Source: an uncultured Spirochaetota bacterium (lineage in GTDB: Bacteria > Spirochaetota > Spirochaetia > SZUA-6 > Fen-1364). From it: a DNA stretch of 64,000 bases. The first letter of the stretch is position 1; every line of letters starts with the position of its first letter. The position numbers were made by a program, and so were the translations under genes. The notes under the pieces were generated by a model, which had not been told where the DNA came from, searched no databases, and saw only the letters and a list, made by a program, of their open reading frames with translations. Of the stretch, positions 1-9,673 are shown one piece after another. The DNA lies in NCBI GenBank assembly GCA_963820525.1, contig CAWGAA010000001.1, positions 608,001 to 672,000 on the forward strand, read 5' to 3'.

Positions 1-653
1 GGGATGCAGAAGTTCATCATCCCCTCCACCTCCCCCACCTTGGTCTCCAGGGTGACGAGCACGACCATTTCGTTGGGGGGGATGATCTGGGCGAACTGCG
101 GATTTGTCTCGATCTGGCCCAACCGCGGCCGAAGGTCGATCACGGTCGCCCACGACTCGCGGAGGTTCCCCAGGATGCGCACGATGATCCCCTCGATGAC
201 GGAGGCCTCGATGTCGGTGAGCTCACGCGTGAACTTGGCCCCCTCGCCCTGGCCGCCGAAGAGCCGGTCGATGATGGAGAAGGTGATCGCCGGATCCACT
301 TCGAGAATTGCGGAGCCCTTCAGCGGGTCCATGTTGATGATGGCCAGCGTCGTCGGGTTGGGGATGGAGCGGATGAACTCCTCGTAGGTGAGCTGGTCCA
401 CCGAGGCCACGTGCACGTGGGCGAGGCTTCGAAGCTGCGCCGAAAGGGCCGTGGTGGTGAGGCGCGCGAAGGTCTCGTGCATGATGGAGACCGTGCGGAT
501 CTGATCCTTGGAAAACTTGTCCGGCCGCTTGAAGTCATAGATCTTGATCTTGCGCTGATCCGCCGGTGCGCTGACTTCCTCAGCCGCCACCTCTCCGGAG
601 GAGATCGCCGTGAGAAGCTGGTCTATCTCGTCCTGTGAAAGGACTTCGGTCAT
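1..653 (-). CDS. fliM: Flagellar motor switch protein FliM (5' part; runs off the window)
   Basis: Not in the ORF track. Manual translation from ATG at 653 gives MTEVLSQDEIDQLL...KIKIYDFKRPDKFSKDQIR (CheY-binding LSQxEID motif). Lies directly downstream of fliL. Confidence 0.96.
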   Translation of the reverse strand, partial: MTEVLSQDEIDQLLTAISSGEVAAEEVSAPADQRKIKIYDFKRPDKFSKDQIRTVSIMHETFARLTTTALSAQLRSLAHVHVASVDQLTYEEFIRSIPNPTTLAIINMDPLKGSAILEVDPAITFSIIDRLFGGQGEGAKFTRELTDIEASVIEGIIVRILGNLRESWATVIDLRPRLGQIETNPQFAQIIPPNEMVVLVTLETKVGEVEGMMNFCI

Positions 654-669
654 TCGACTCTCTCCCGCA

Positions 670-1221
670 TCATTTCACAACGGAAAACTCCCGGAACACG
701 ACGCGCTTGATCTTGCCCGTGCGCATGATCTTGTTGATCTGGTTCATCAGGTCGGTCTGGATGTCGTCGTAGTACGGCGGGCTGAGCTGGGCCGCCGTTC
801 GCTGGGAGATGTACTTCAGCGAAAGATCCTGGATCTCGCGCACGCGAAGCCCGATCTCGGTGCTCACGTCCTTCGCGTTCATATCGTAGCCCAGGCTCAC
901 CCGCACGAGGAAGATGGCGGGGGTCTCGTCCGCGGTCTGACCCCGGATGGGGTCGATGTTGTCGTAGTACGCGAGGGGCTCGGATTTCGCCTGGTACTCC
1001 GGCGAGGACGCGGCGAGGTTCTGCGCCGTGGTGCCCTTGGAAATGACGCTGAAGGTTATCACCGTCACCGTCACGACGAGGATGATGACCCCCAGACCGA
1101 TGGCCGCCCACTTGAGAATGGTGAGGATGAGCCCGGAGAAGAGCCGCGGTTTCTTGGCACCCGCTTCTTCCGCGCCCGCGCCGACATCTTCAAGATTTAG
1201 ATCTTGCTGTTCGTCAGACAT
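670..1221 (-). CDS. fliL: Flagellar basal body-associated protein FliL
   Basis: 183 aa with a single N-terminal TM segment; C-terminus ...LMNQINKIMRTGKIKRVVFREF; sits between motB and fliM. Confidence 0.92.
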   Translation of the reverse strand: MSDEQQDLNLEDVGAGAEEAGAKKPRLFSGLILTILKWAAIGLGVIILVVTVTVITFSVISKGTTAQNLAASSPEYQAKSEPLAYYDNIDPIRGQTADETPAIFLVRVSLGYDMNAKDVSTEIGLRVREIQDLSLKYISQRTAAQLSPPYYDDIQTDLMNQINKIMRTGKIKRVVFREFSVVK

Positions 1222-1239
1222 CCCCTCCCCCTTACTCGA

Positions 1240-1269
1240 AATCTACCATGAAATAGTAGAAAAATGCAA
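1240..1269 (-). promoter_or_regulatory. Putative internal sigma70 promoter for fliL-fliM
   Basis: TTGCAT (1269-1264), 18-nt spacer, TAGATT (1245-1240) preceded by TGg; AT-rich patch in a GC-rich genome. Confidence 0.5.
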
Positions 1270-1293
1270 CATCTGGTCCCCGTGCGCCGTTGC

Positions 1294-1395
1294 CTGGTTT
1301 CCGCGCGCTGTTCACGAATTCCAGCGCGCGGTTTCGTGCGTACTTCGTCGTGGGTCTCCGGTCACGGGTCACGAATTCCCGTGCCCGGTTTGGTA
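1294..1395. repeat. Two tandem hairpins with identical TCACGAATTC loop and covarying stems
   Basis: ccgcgcgctg-t-TCACGAATTC-cagcgcgcgg and ccggtcacgg-g-TCACGAATTC-ccgtgcccgg, 57 nt apart. Confidence 0.75.
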
Positions 1396-1410
1396 TTCGC
1401 TGCGCGAACA

Positions 1411-2139
1411 TCAGAGATGTCCCTCGCTCAGGATGATGATATCCACCCTCCTGTTGTACGCCCGGCCTTCCGGAGTGTCGTTGCTCGCGATCGGCTCCGT
1501 GTCGGCAAACCCGGCCACCTGGAACTGGTTTTCGCTCACGCCGAGGTCCACCAGGTAGTGCAGGACCGTGGTCGCCCGCGCCGTGGAGAGCTCCCAGTTG
1601 GTCGGGTACGGCCCGCCGGGGGCCACGGCCGTGTTGTCGGTGTGCCCCTCGATCCTGAACTTCCTTCCCGCCAGGTCCTCGGAAGACAGGAGCGCCGCGA
1701 TCCTCTGAAGCAGGGCCCTTGTCTGCTCGATGTTGATCTCCGCGGTGCCCGGCCGGAAGTACGCGTCGGATGCAAGCGAAATCACCAGGCCCCTCTCATC
1801 CTCGCGCACGCGCACCATGCGCGCCCTGATTTCGGGCTGGAAAGCGGATACGGCGGCCTTTCGGGCCCGCGCCAGTGCCTGTCCCTTTTCCATGGACGGC
1901 AGGGCCATGATCGTGTTTCCGAGCTCGGCGAGCTTGCCCGCCTGGAGGGTGTTTCCTCCCGTGCGCATTCCAAGGCCCTGGAAGGCCGAAAGGGTGATGT
2001 TGAGGTCCACCTTGTCGATGGAGCCCACGTCGTACATCATCACGAAGAATGTAAGCATGAGGGTCGTCAGGTCTCCCCAGGACAGGAGCCAGAAGGGTGC
2101 GCCTTCTTCACACTCTTTTTTCTTCTTGGCGAAAGGCAT
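1411..2139 (-). CDS. motB: Flagellar stator protein MotB
   Basis: WLLSWGDLTTLMLTFFVMM TM with conserved Asp; OmpA-like domain (IEGHTDN, NWELSTARA, NRRVDI). Confidence 0.97.
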   Translation of the reverse strand: MPFAKKKKECEEGAPFWLLSWGDLTTLMLTFFVMMYDVGSIDKVDLNITLSAFQGLGMRTGGNTLQAGKLAELGNTIMALPSMEKGQALARARKAAVSAFQPEIRARMVRVREDERGLVISLASDAYFRPGTAEINIEQTRALLQRIAALLSSEDLAGRKFRIEGHTDNTAVAPGGPYPTNWELSTARATTVLHYLVDLGVSENQFQVAGFADTEPIASNDTPEGRAYNRRVDIIILSEGHL

Positions 2140-2142
2140 ACC

Positions 2143-2925
2143 CTACTCCCTCGCCCGCTCCTGCTCGACGGCGATTCGCTGTTTCGGCGGCAGGAAGGAA
2201 ACGAGCTTTTCCTCGAGAATACGGGGGTTGTCGCCGGATTGAATAGAGATAATCCCCTCGATCATGATCTCGCGCACCCGCGACTCGTCCCCGTCCTGGT
2301 CCAGGAGCTTGCGCTTCCAGGGCGTGAACATGAGGTAGCACATGAGCGCCCCGTAGAGGCTCGTGATGAGGGCGAGCGACATGCCCGCTCCGATGGATGA
2401 CTTGTCGTTGATGTTCTGGAGCATCGCGATGAGGCCCGCCAGGGTCCCGATCATCCCGAAGGCCGGGGCCAGGGAAGACCAGTCACCGTAGAAGTTGGCT
2501 CCCTCGGAGTGGCGGGATTGCATCTGGTTCAGCTCGTTGTAGAGGATGTTCTTGATGATCTCGGGGTCCGTGCCGTCCACCACGAGCTGGATGCCCTTCC
2601 GCATGAAGTCGTCCTCGACCTCCTCGAGGTCGTCCTCCAGGGCCAGGAGCCCCTCGCGGCGCGCCTTTTCGGAGAATGCCACCAGGCGCGCGATGATCCT
2701 CTCCTCTCCCCAGTGCGGGATGCGCATGACCAGCCGGATCCACTTCATCTGGCCAAGGAACTTCTGGATCCCGTGGCCAACGAGCATTGCGCAGATCGAG
2801 CCTCCGATGGTCATGAACATCGAAGGCACGTCCACGTAGAGCATGATGTTGCCCTTGGCGAGCACGATAGAAATGAGCGTGACGGCAAAGCCCGCTATGA
2901 CCCCAAAAATCGTTCCCAGATCCAT
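2143..2925 (-). CDS. motA: Flagellar stator protein MotA
   Basis: ARREGLLALE, APAFGMIGTL, ALITSLYG and GDNPR motifs. Confidence 0.97.
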   Translation of the reverse strand: MDLGTIFGVIAGFAVTLISIVLAKGNIMLYVDVPSMFMTIGGSICAMLVGHGIQKFLGQMKWIRLVMRIPHWGEERIIARLVAFSEKARREGLLALEDDLEEVEDDFMRKGIQLVVDGTDPEIIKNILYNELNQMQSRHSEGANFYGDWSSLAPAFGMIGTLAGLIAMLQNINDKSSIGAGMSLALITSLYGALMCYLMFTPWKRKLLDQDGDESRVREIMIEGIISIQSGDNPRILEEKLVSFLPPKQRIAVEQERARE

Positions 2926-2931
2926 TCCTGC

Positions 2932-3129
2932 CTACTCCTCGCTCTTGAATGCCCCGATGAGCTTGCGGTACTCGACGATCCGATTGAAAATCGTCGGGTA
3001 ATCCTCTTTGACGACGAGGCGTTTGCCCGAGAGCATCACCAACGTCGTGTCCGGGTTGCTTTCGATGTACTCGATCTGGTGCGGATTAATGTAGTACGTC
3101 TTCCCGTCAAGTCTCGTCACCTCGACCAT
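2932..3129 (-). CDS. flbD: Flagellar FlbD family protein
   Basis: MVEVTRLDGKTYYINPHQIEYIESNPDTTL; start moved to ATG 3129, which follows a GGAGG SD; lies between flgE and motA. Confidence 0.93.
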   Translation of the reverse strand: MVEVTRLDGKTYYINPHQIEYIESNPDTTLVMLSGKRLVVKEDYPTIFNRIVEYRKLIGAFKSEE

Positions 3130-3265
3130 CCGTCCTCCCCTGCGCCGCGCCGCGGGCTTTTCCCCCCTATACGGCAACGGCCCCGACGCATGATGCCCCG
3201 GGGCTTCGCCTTGTTCAATCCCGTCGAAAGACTAGGGGGCGTTCAGCCCCGCGTCAAGCCCTGCC

Positions 3266-4654
3266 CTACCTCTTCAGCGTGAGCAGCTCCTGAAGCATCT
3301 GGTCCGCCGTCGTGATGGTGCGCGAGTTCGCCTGGAAGCCGCGCTGGGTCACGATCATGTCGGTGAACTGCTCCGCCAGGTCAACGTTGGACATCTCGAG
3401 GGTTCCCGCGATGACCTTGCCCTTCCCCGCTATCCCGGAGGGGCCCACGTTCGGGTCTCCCGAGTTGTTGGAGACCTGGTACACGTTCTCTCCCGCCTTC
3501 TCGAGGCCGCCCTGGTTGGGGAAGCTCGCCAGGGCGATCTGCCCGATCACGCGGTTGGTTCCATTGGTGTAGACCCCCGTGATGACTCCGGACTGGTCGA
3601 TCTTGAAGCTCTCCAGGTACCCCATGGTGTAGCCGTTCTGCCGGACGGCCTTGGTGGAGCTCGTCTCGGCGAACTGCGTGACCGCGTCCCGGTAGGCGCC
3701 CACCTGTCCCAGGTTGAGGCTGAAGGTCTGGCGCACGGCGGGCTGTCCAGCGGGAATAGTAGCCTCGGGAACATCGTAGGATACCTGCACCTGGAGGTTT
3801 CCCGCGTTTATGACCGTGCCCGCCGCGTCACGAACGTCGGTGAGCGCGCCGAGGTTGTCGAAATCAACGAAAAAGGTGTTCCCGGCCGCGGCGCCCGCCC
3901 CGACCTGGGCCCGGGCATTGGTTGGCGTGGCGGCTCCGGGATCCACGTCAACCGCGACCTGCCAGCGGTTGGCAACGCCGGGCACCTTCGTGAAGTTGGC
4001 TTGAAGCTTGTGGACCCGGCCGAACGAATCGAAGATGTCGAAGGTGGTCTGCCAGGTGCCTTCCTGGATCGTCGCCGCGGTGGCACCTGCGGGGATCTCG
4101 GGGGTCCGCTTGTCGAGGTTGCAGGCGAACCAGACATCCGTTGTGGCGGCCGCCGGGTCCTTGCTCCCTACGGGGATGACGAGGTCCTCCACCTCGGCCG
4201 AGTTGTTCACGAGCGTCACGCCGCCCACGGTCTGGGCCATCCAGCCCTGCACCCGCATGCCGTTGGCGGGATTCACGACCTTCCCGTCCCGGTCCAGGCC
4301 GAAGGCGCCGTTTCTCGTGTAATAGCTCTTGTTGCCGTCGTTGAGGATGAAGAAGCCGTTTCCCTGGAGCGCGACATCCGTCATGACGCCGGTGGACTGG
4401 AGGGCTCCCTGGGTGTGGATCGTGTCGATCGTCGAGACCATCATGCCGAGGCCGACCTGCTGGGGGTTCACTCCGCCCACCGTATCGGTCGGCTTGGCTG
4501 CCCCCGTGAGGGTCTGGGAGAGCATGTCCTGGAAGGTGACCCTGCCCTTCTTGAACCCCGTCGTGTTCACGTTGGCGATGTTGTTGCCGAGGACGTCCAT
4601 CCTCGTCTGGTGGTTCTGCAGGCCGGACACGCCGGCGTAGAGGGACCGCATCAT
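3266..4654 (-). CDS. flgE: Flagellar hook protein FlgE
   Basis: [12 protein letters not shown]...[14 protein letters not shown]-terminus; [28 protein letters not shown]-terminus. Confidence 0.98.
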   Translation of the reverse strand: MMRSLYAGVSGLQNHQTRMDVLGNNIANVNTTGFKKGRVTFQDMLSQTLTGAAKPTDTVGGVNPQQVGLGMMVSTIDTIHTQGALQSTGVMTDVALQGNGFFILNDGNKSYYTRNGAFGLDRDGKVVNPANGMRVQGWMAQTVGGVTLVNNSAEVEDLVIPVGSKDPAAATTDVWFACNLDKRTPEIPAGATAATIQEGTWQTTFDIFDSFGRVHKLQANFTKVPGVANRWQVAVDVDPGAATPTNARAQVGAGAAAGNTFFVDFDNLGALTDVRDAAGTVINAGNLQVQVSYDVPEATIPAGQPAVRQTFSLNLGQVGAYRDAVTQFAETSSTKAVRQNGYTMGYLESFKIDQSGVITGVYTNGTNRVIGQIALASFPNQGGLEKAGENVYQVSNNSGDPNVGPSGIAGKGKVIAGTLEMSNVDLAEQFTDMIVTQRGFQANSRTITTADQMLQELLTLKR

Positions 4655-4660
4655 ACGCTG

Positions 4661-5113
4661 TTACTCCTTCGACCTGGTCCTGACGCTCCGGACCTCCGAG
4701 AAATCGTAGTAGTTGCCGTTGACGAGCAGCTGGGGGAAGTCCCCTCCCGTAACTTCCTCCACCATGCCCGAAACCGTTCCCGATGCATTGGGGATCTCCA
4801 CGGTCCTGCCCAAAAGGCCCAGCGCCTGGGTCCGCGCCAGGAGCTTCGCCACGTCGTCCATCCCCTGGCTCATGTTGGTGATCTGCTCGAGGCTGGAGAA
4901 CTGGGCCATCTGGGAGATGAACTCCTTGTCCTCCATGGGCTGCGTGGGATCCTGATGGCTGAGCTGCGTGAGCAGGATCTTGAGAAACTCATCCTTGCCC
5001 AGGGAGCCTCCCGGCTTCGTGGTCTTGCCCGCGTTCACCGTCTTGTTGAAGGCATCGACCTCCCGGTTTGTCTGCAACAGCTCCTGGGGCGAAAGACTCA
5101 AGTTTATATCCAT
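4661..5113 (-). CDS. flgD: Flagellar hook capping protein FlgD
   Basis: LGKDEFLKILLTQLSHQDPTQPMEDKEFISQMAQFSSLEQ. Confidence 0.97.
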   Translation of the reverse strand: MDINLSLSPQELLQTNREVDAFNKTVNAGKTTKPGGSLGKDEFLKILLTQLSHQDPTQPMEDKEFISQMAQFSSLEQITNMSQGMDDVAKLLARTQALGLLGRTVEIPNASGTVSGMVEEVTGGDFPQLLVNGNYYDFSEVRSVRTRSKE

Positions 5114-5138
5114 CGTGTTTCCTCTCTCTCCATCCCGT

Positions 5139-6302
5139 TCACGCGAACAGGTTCACGAGAAGCTCTCCCCAATCCGCCGGCTCCAGAACATCGGCCAGGG
5201 CGCCGGTGAAGCCGCGCGCGGATTCGATCCTCCGCACTGCCGGCGCGTCGCGCTCCTCGCGTCGGGAGTCGGCCCCGCCGCCGCCCACCGAAACCGACAG
5301 GGAGGCGGTCTGGAACCCTTCCGCCGACAGCGCCCGGGTGAGGGAGTCGAGGCTCCCCTCCAGCACGTGCTTCACCGCGGGGTTGTCGACGATGATCTTC
5401 CCATCTATGACATTATCGGACAGATTCAGCCGGACCCTCACAGATCCGAGGGATTCGGGCTTCAGGACGAGCCGGATCTCTCCCCCGCCGTTTCGAAGGA
5501 TTATTCCGGCGGACCGCGCCAGCTCCGACCCCGCCATCTCGCGAAGCCTTTCAAGGGGAGTCTGCAGGGTCAGAGAACGGGGAGCCCCCCCGCCATGAGC
5601 GGAAGGAGAACCCTGGTGAAGCTCCGCCGCGGCTGCCGGCGCCGGAAAGGCTCCGGAGGCGGGCTTCTCCGCGGCCGGGACGGAAGCGCCGCCCTGCCGG
5701 GCGGCCTGGCTGTCGGCCCCGCCCTTCTCCGCCTGCGACTTTCGAAGGTCGACGATGGAGAGCCTGACCTCCGCGGTCTTTCTCTGCCCTTTCTCTGCGA
5801 TTGCCGGCGCAGCAGCCGCCTCGCGCTCGCCCCGGGAGCTTTCCGCGCTCCGGGCCGTTTGGGCCTTCAGCGCGATCTCTGCGGGATGAGCCTGTGCCGC
5901 CCTCTCCTGGACCTGCTCCAGGAGGCTCTTCATCCGCGCCGCCTTCTGACGGGGGGTGAGCCGGGAGTCCTCGAGGATCTCGCGGATCGTTTTCTCGATC
6001 GACGAGGCTTCCCCCATGCCGGCGGCGGACAATCTTGCCAGCGCCGACTCCAGGGCTTTTCTCATTTTTTCGAGGGAATGATCGGCGGAATCAAGCTTTG
6101 ACTGCATGATCCGTGAGAAGGAGCCCTTCGCCGCCCGCTCGGTCAGTGCGGGGCCCCTCGCGGCGGCAGCCGTTCCGCAGGACGTGGCGGATTTCTGCGG
6201 CCTGAGGGCGGGCTTCAGCTTTGCGGCGCGGGCCTTGCGAGTGCCGAGCATGAGCGCCTCTGCAGCGCTTCTCTCGGGGTGGACCAGCGGACCACCTTTC
6301 AC
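5139..6302 (-). CDS. fliK: Flagellar hook-length control protein FliK
   Basis: Low-complexity Ala-rich N-terminal part plus C-terminal GEIRLVLKPESLGSVRVRL domain; upstream of flgD. Start codon uncertain. Confidence 0.88.
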   Translation of the reverse strand: MKGGPLVHPERSAAEALMLGTRKARAAKLKPALRPQKSATSCGTAAAARGPALTERAAKGSFSRIMQSKLDSADHSLEKMRKALESALARLSAAGMGEASSIEKTIREILEDSRLTPRQKAARMKSLLEQVQERAAQAHPAEIALKAQTARSAESSRGEREAAAAPAIAEKGQRKTAEVRLSIVDLRKSQAEKGGADSQAARQGGASVPAAEKPASGAFPAPAAAAELHQGSPSAHGGGAPRSLTLQTPLERLREMAGSELARSAGIILRNGGGEIRLVLKPESLGSVRVRLNLSDNVIDGKIIVDNPAVKHVLEGSLDSLTRALSAEGFQTASLSVSVGGGGADSRREERDAPAVRRIESARGFTGALADVLEPADWGELLVNLFA

Positions 6303-6318
6303 CTTTTGCCTCCTGGTG

Positions 6319-6930
6319 CTACCTCGCCATTTTTCTCTGGAGCGTCGCCGCCCTGTCCGCCGGCATCTGGGAGAGCCAGAACGGAACCACGGAATCGATT
6401 CCTGCGGCGGTCGCCTGTTGATCCGTGATCCTGAAGATGTCGATGATGTCCTGGTCTTCCATCTTCAAGAGAATCGCCACGGCGTTCTTGGGCGGCATGC
6501 TCGTCAGATACGTCGAGTTCTGGACGAGGTTCACCCTTCTATTTTCGAATGCATTGACCCGCTCATTAAATGCTTTTTCTTTGTCCGCTTCGGCCTGCTC
6601 GCGGTCCTTCAGATCCGAGGCCAGCTGCTCCAGCTGCTTCTGGCGCGCGGTGAGCTCCGTGTCGCGCTTGTCCAGGTCCTGCTCGCGCAGGGCAATGGCA
6701 TCGGCCTGTTTCGCCAGCCGCTCGCGATCCAGCAGGTTCGGATCGTCCGCGCTCACCGCCACGGCCTTGGCTCCCAGGCCGAAAAGGCCGTACACGGGGG
6801 CCAGGAGAGAGCGCGCATTGAGGATGCCGAGGTAGTCGAACCAGACGAAGCCGCCCAGCGTGAGAACGATGAGCAAGAGCAAGAGCACCACGATCCGGAC
6901 TCCCGGATGAACTTCCCTGAATTCGGTCAC
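6319..6930 (-). CDS. flbB: Periplasmic flagellar collar protein FlbB (MotE-like)
   Basis: N-terminal TM ending WFDYLG, coiled coil, MPPKNAVAIL and WLSQMPADRAATLQRKM; spirochaete position between fliJ and fliK. Confidence 0.88.
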   Translation of the reverse strand: MTEFREVHPGVRIVVLLLLLIVLTLGGFVWFDYLGILNARSLLAPVYGLFGLGAKAVAVSADDPNLLDRERLAKQADAIALREQDLDKRDTELTARQKQLEQLASDLKDREQAEADKEKAFNERVNAFENRRVNLVQNSTYLTSMPPKNAVAILLKMEDQDIIDIFRITDQQATAAGIDSVVPFWLSQMPADRAATLQRKMAR

Positions 6931-6960
6931 GATCCCCTCCCCTGTTCGTGCGTGGCCGGC

Positions 6961-7404
6961 TTACCAATGCTGGCGAAGAGCGGCCGCGGTATTCATGTCG
7001 TCGATGGTCTTGAAATCCTCGTCCTTCTGCTTCTCGTAGTACTCGGTCTGCTTGCGCTCCTTGAGCTTGTCGAGGACCTTCCGTTCCTTGGCCGCCTCCA
7101 GGTATTTCGAGCGTACCTGCTCCAGCTCGACCGTCTTCTCGGCCAGGACGACCTCGTTTTTCTCCTTCTCCCGGGAAAGCCTCCGGATATACAGCTCCCT
7201 CAAGCCCATGGCCTCGACGTCGATCCTGCGCTCGGCCCCGAACAGCCGGCTCCTCTCGACGTCGATCTCCACGACGATCTGGGAAATTCGGTTCTTCAAC
7301 AGGAGGCATTGCCCCAGCACGCGGGCGAGCGCCAGCTCCCACTCGCGCTCCTTGTAGCGGCGAAGCTCGAGAAAACGCTCAAGCCTGAAGCTGAACCGAC
7401 GCAT
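6961..7404 (-). CDS. fliJ: Flagellar export protein FliJ
   Basis: MRRFSFRLERFLELR...KERKVLDKLKER...KTIDD; immediately after fliI. Confidence 0.92.
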   Translation of the reverse strand: MRRFSFRLERFLELRRYKEREWELALARVLGQCLLLKNRISQIVVEIDVERSRLFGAERRIDVEAMGLRELYIRRLSREKEKNEVVLAEKTVELEQVRSKYLEAAKERKVLDKLKERKQTEYYEKQKDEDFKTIDDMNTAAALRQHW

Positions 7405-8737
7405 TCTCCAGCTCTTCTTCCGGTATCTCGACTCCCGCGATCAGGCCTGCCGCCTTCAGCGTATCGGAGATCGGGGCCTTCTCCTGGATCCTCTGCACGA
7501 GGAACTTCTCTATCTCCGGCATCTTGTCTATCGACTGGTCGATCTCGGCGTTGGAGCCCTTCACGTAGGCCCCTACGCTGATCAGGTCTTCGGCCCCCGC
7601 GTATGTCGCGAGCATCCGCTTGATGTATCCGCTCGCCTCCTGGGTCCGGGGGCCGGTCACCGCAATGGCGAGCCGCGAGATGGACTGCATCACGTCCACG
7701 GCGGGATAGTGGTTGCGCGCGGCGAGCCTTCGGGCCAGGACGATGTGCCCGTCCAGGATTCCCCGGACGTTGTCGGAGACGGGGTCGTCGATATCGTCGC
7801 CCTCGACGAGGATCGTGTAGAAGCCGGTGATGCTCCCCCGCTCGGAGGTGCCGCTGCGCTCCAGCAGCTTGGGGAGGAGCGAAAACACGGAAGGCGTGAA
7901 GCCCCGGTTCGCCGGCGGCTCCCCGATCGCCAGCCCGATCTCACGCTGGGCGCGGGCGAAGCGCGTCACGGAATCGAAGAGGAGCATCACGTCCTTGCCC
8001 TGGTCCCGGAAGTATTCGGCAATGGCGGTGGCCACGTATGCCCCGCGGATCCTCGCCAGGGGAGGCTTGTTGGAGGATGAGACCACGATCACGGAACGCG
8101 CCAGGCCCTCGGGTCCCAGGTCGTTCTCGATGAACTCCCGCACCTCGCGTCCGCGCTCTCCGATGAGCGCGATGACGTTCACGTCCGCGGACGTGTTCCT
8201 GGCGATCATCCCCAGGACAGTGGATTTGCCCACTCCGCTTCCGGAAAAGATTCCCACCCTCTGGCCCTTGCCCACCGTCAAAAGCGCGTCGATGGAGCGG
8301 ATGCCGGTGGCGATCTTCTCCGTGATTCGCTTTCGTCGAAGCACGTCCGGGGGAACATTGACGGCCGGGTACCAGAGCTCCGAGCCCACGTCTCCCTTTC
8401 CGTCCATGGGCTTTCCCATGGAATCGAGGGCCCTGCCCAGGAGCCTGTCCGATACGGGGACGCTCAAGGTCTCCCCCATTGCGATAACGATGTTTCCGAC
8501 CTCGATCCCTTCCATCTCGTCGTAGGGCATGAGCTGGGCGGTCTTTCCATGCAGCCCCACCACCTCCGCCCACACGACTCCCCGTCCCTTGGGAACCAGG
8601 ATCTGGCACAGCTCGCCCACCACCGCGGCGGGACCGTGGCTCTCGATGAGCAGCCCCTGCACCCTCTCCACGACGCCCGTATACTTGATGGGGTCGAGGC
8701 TTTCCAGCCGCGCCGAGTACTTGTCGAACACTCCCAT
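7379..8737 (-). CDS. fliI: Flagellar export ATPase FliI
   Basis: Walker A GSGVGKST, LIGERGREVREF, DSVTRFARAQREIGL. Confidence 0.98.
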   Translation of the reverse strand: MGVFDKYSARLESLDPIKYTGVVERVQGLLIESHGPAAVVGELCQILVPKGRGVVWAEVVGLHGKTAQLMPYDEMEGIEVGNIVIAMGETLSVPVSDRLLGRALDSMGKPMDGKGDVGSELWYPAVNVPPDVLRRKRITEKIATGIRSIDALLTVGKGQRVGIFSGSGVGKSTVLGMIARNTSADVNVIALIGERGREVREFIENDLGPEGLARSVIVVSSSNKPPLARIRGAYVATAIAEYFRDQGKDVMLLFDSVTRFARAQREIGLAIGEPPANRGFTPSVFSLLPKLLERSGTSERGSITGFYTILVEGDDIDDPVSDNVRGILDGHIVLARRLAARNHYPAVDVMQSISRLAIAVTGPRTQEASGYIKRMLATYAGAEDLISVGAYVKGSNAEIDQSIDKMPEIEKFLVQRIQEKAPISDTLKAAGLIAGVEIPEEELENASVQLQA

Positions 8738-8740
8738 CGC

Positions 8741-9655
8741 CTATTCTCCCTTTGAGCGGATCGGCATGAGCTCCAGGATCTTCTCCTCGATCTCGTGGAG
8801 CTGGGAGGAGACGCGGGCGTCGATCTGCCCGAAGTCCGTCTCGATGATGCACCCGCCCTTGTCCACGGAGGAGTCCTCCAGGACCGTGATGGACTTCACG
8901 TTCTCCACCATCTTCATGAAGTCCTTCACGTGCTCCGAGGTGAGCTCCAGGTCGGCGAGGTTCACCCGAATGACCACATCTCCGCGGCTCTTGAGCTTGC
9001 GCAGGGCCTGGACCACGTTGTTGATGACCACGTTCTTCTGGTTCTCCGAGATGACCTTGATGACCTTTTTCACGATGAGGAGCACGAGGTTGATGATCTG
9101 GGTCTCCGACTCCTCGATGATTTCGTTTCTCTTCTCGATGGCCTTGGAGAGAATCGTGTGGAGGCGCTCGACCAGCCTCTCCACCTCGCCCTTGCCTTCC
9201 GCGTAGCCCTTTTCATGGCCCTCGGTGTATCCGCGCTCGTCGGCTTCCCGCTCGGTCTGCGTGACGCGCCCCTTGATGTCCGCCTCGAGCTCCGCCGCCT
9301 TCGCCTTGGCCTCCGCGATGATCTTCTGCCCCTCGTCCTCAGCGTCCTGGCGGATCTTTTGGGCCTGGTTGTTCTTCCGCCGCACCTCGTCGAAGGCGGC
9401 CCTCTCGGCCTCCTTCCTGATCTTCTCCGCTTCGGCGCGCGCCTCTTCGAGGAGCCGCGCCTTTTCCGCCTCCCAGCCCTTCTTGAAATCCTCCGCTTCC
9501 CTGCGGATCTCGTCCACCGTGGGCCCCGAGTAGGGGGTTTCCTCCACGGCGGCCACGATCGCCTCGGGCTCCTCGGCGGCGATGCGCGGCGGCTCGATGA
9601 AGATCTTCCGCGTGAGGTTCATGACCTCCTGGGGCTTGAACACGTTCTTGGCCAC
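8741..9655 (-). CDS. fliH: Flagellar assembly protein FliH
   Basis: Long coiled coil, GYTEGHEKGYAEG repeats, GGCIIETDFGQIDAR. Confidence 0.96.
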   Translation of the reverse strand: MAKNVFKPQEVMNLTRKIFIEPPRIAAEEPEAIVAAVEETPYSGPTVDEIRREAEDFKKGWEAEKARLLEEARAEAEKIRKEAERAAFDEVRRKNNQAQKIRQDAEDEGQKIIAEAKAKAAELEADIKGRVTQTEREADERGYTEGHEKGYAEGKGEVERLVERLHTILSKAIEKRNEIIEESETQIINLVLLIVKKVIKVISENQKNVVINNVVQALRKLKSRGDVVIRVNLADLELTSEHVKDFMKMVENVKSITVLEDSSVDKGGCIIETDFGQIDARVSSQLHEIEEKILELMPIRSKGE

Positions 9656-9673
9656 TACGATACTCTCCTGGTT

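Noticed and set aside
1294..1395. Twin hairpins as a mini-CRISPR array
   Set aside because: Only two units, stems differ in sequence, the spacer is very short, and there are no cas genes in the window.
3167..3200. Possible sigma28 promoter (GCCGTATA) upstream of flbD-motA
   Set aside because: The -10 is only partly matching and there is no TAAA-type -35 at the right spacing.
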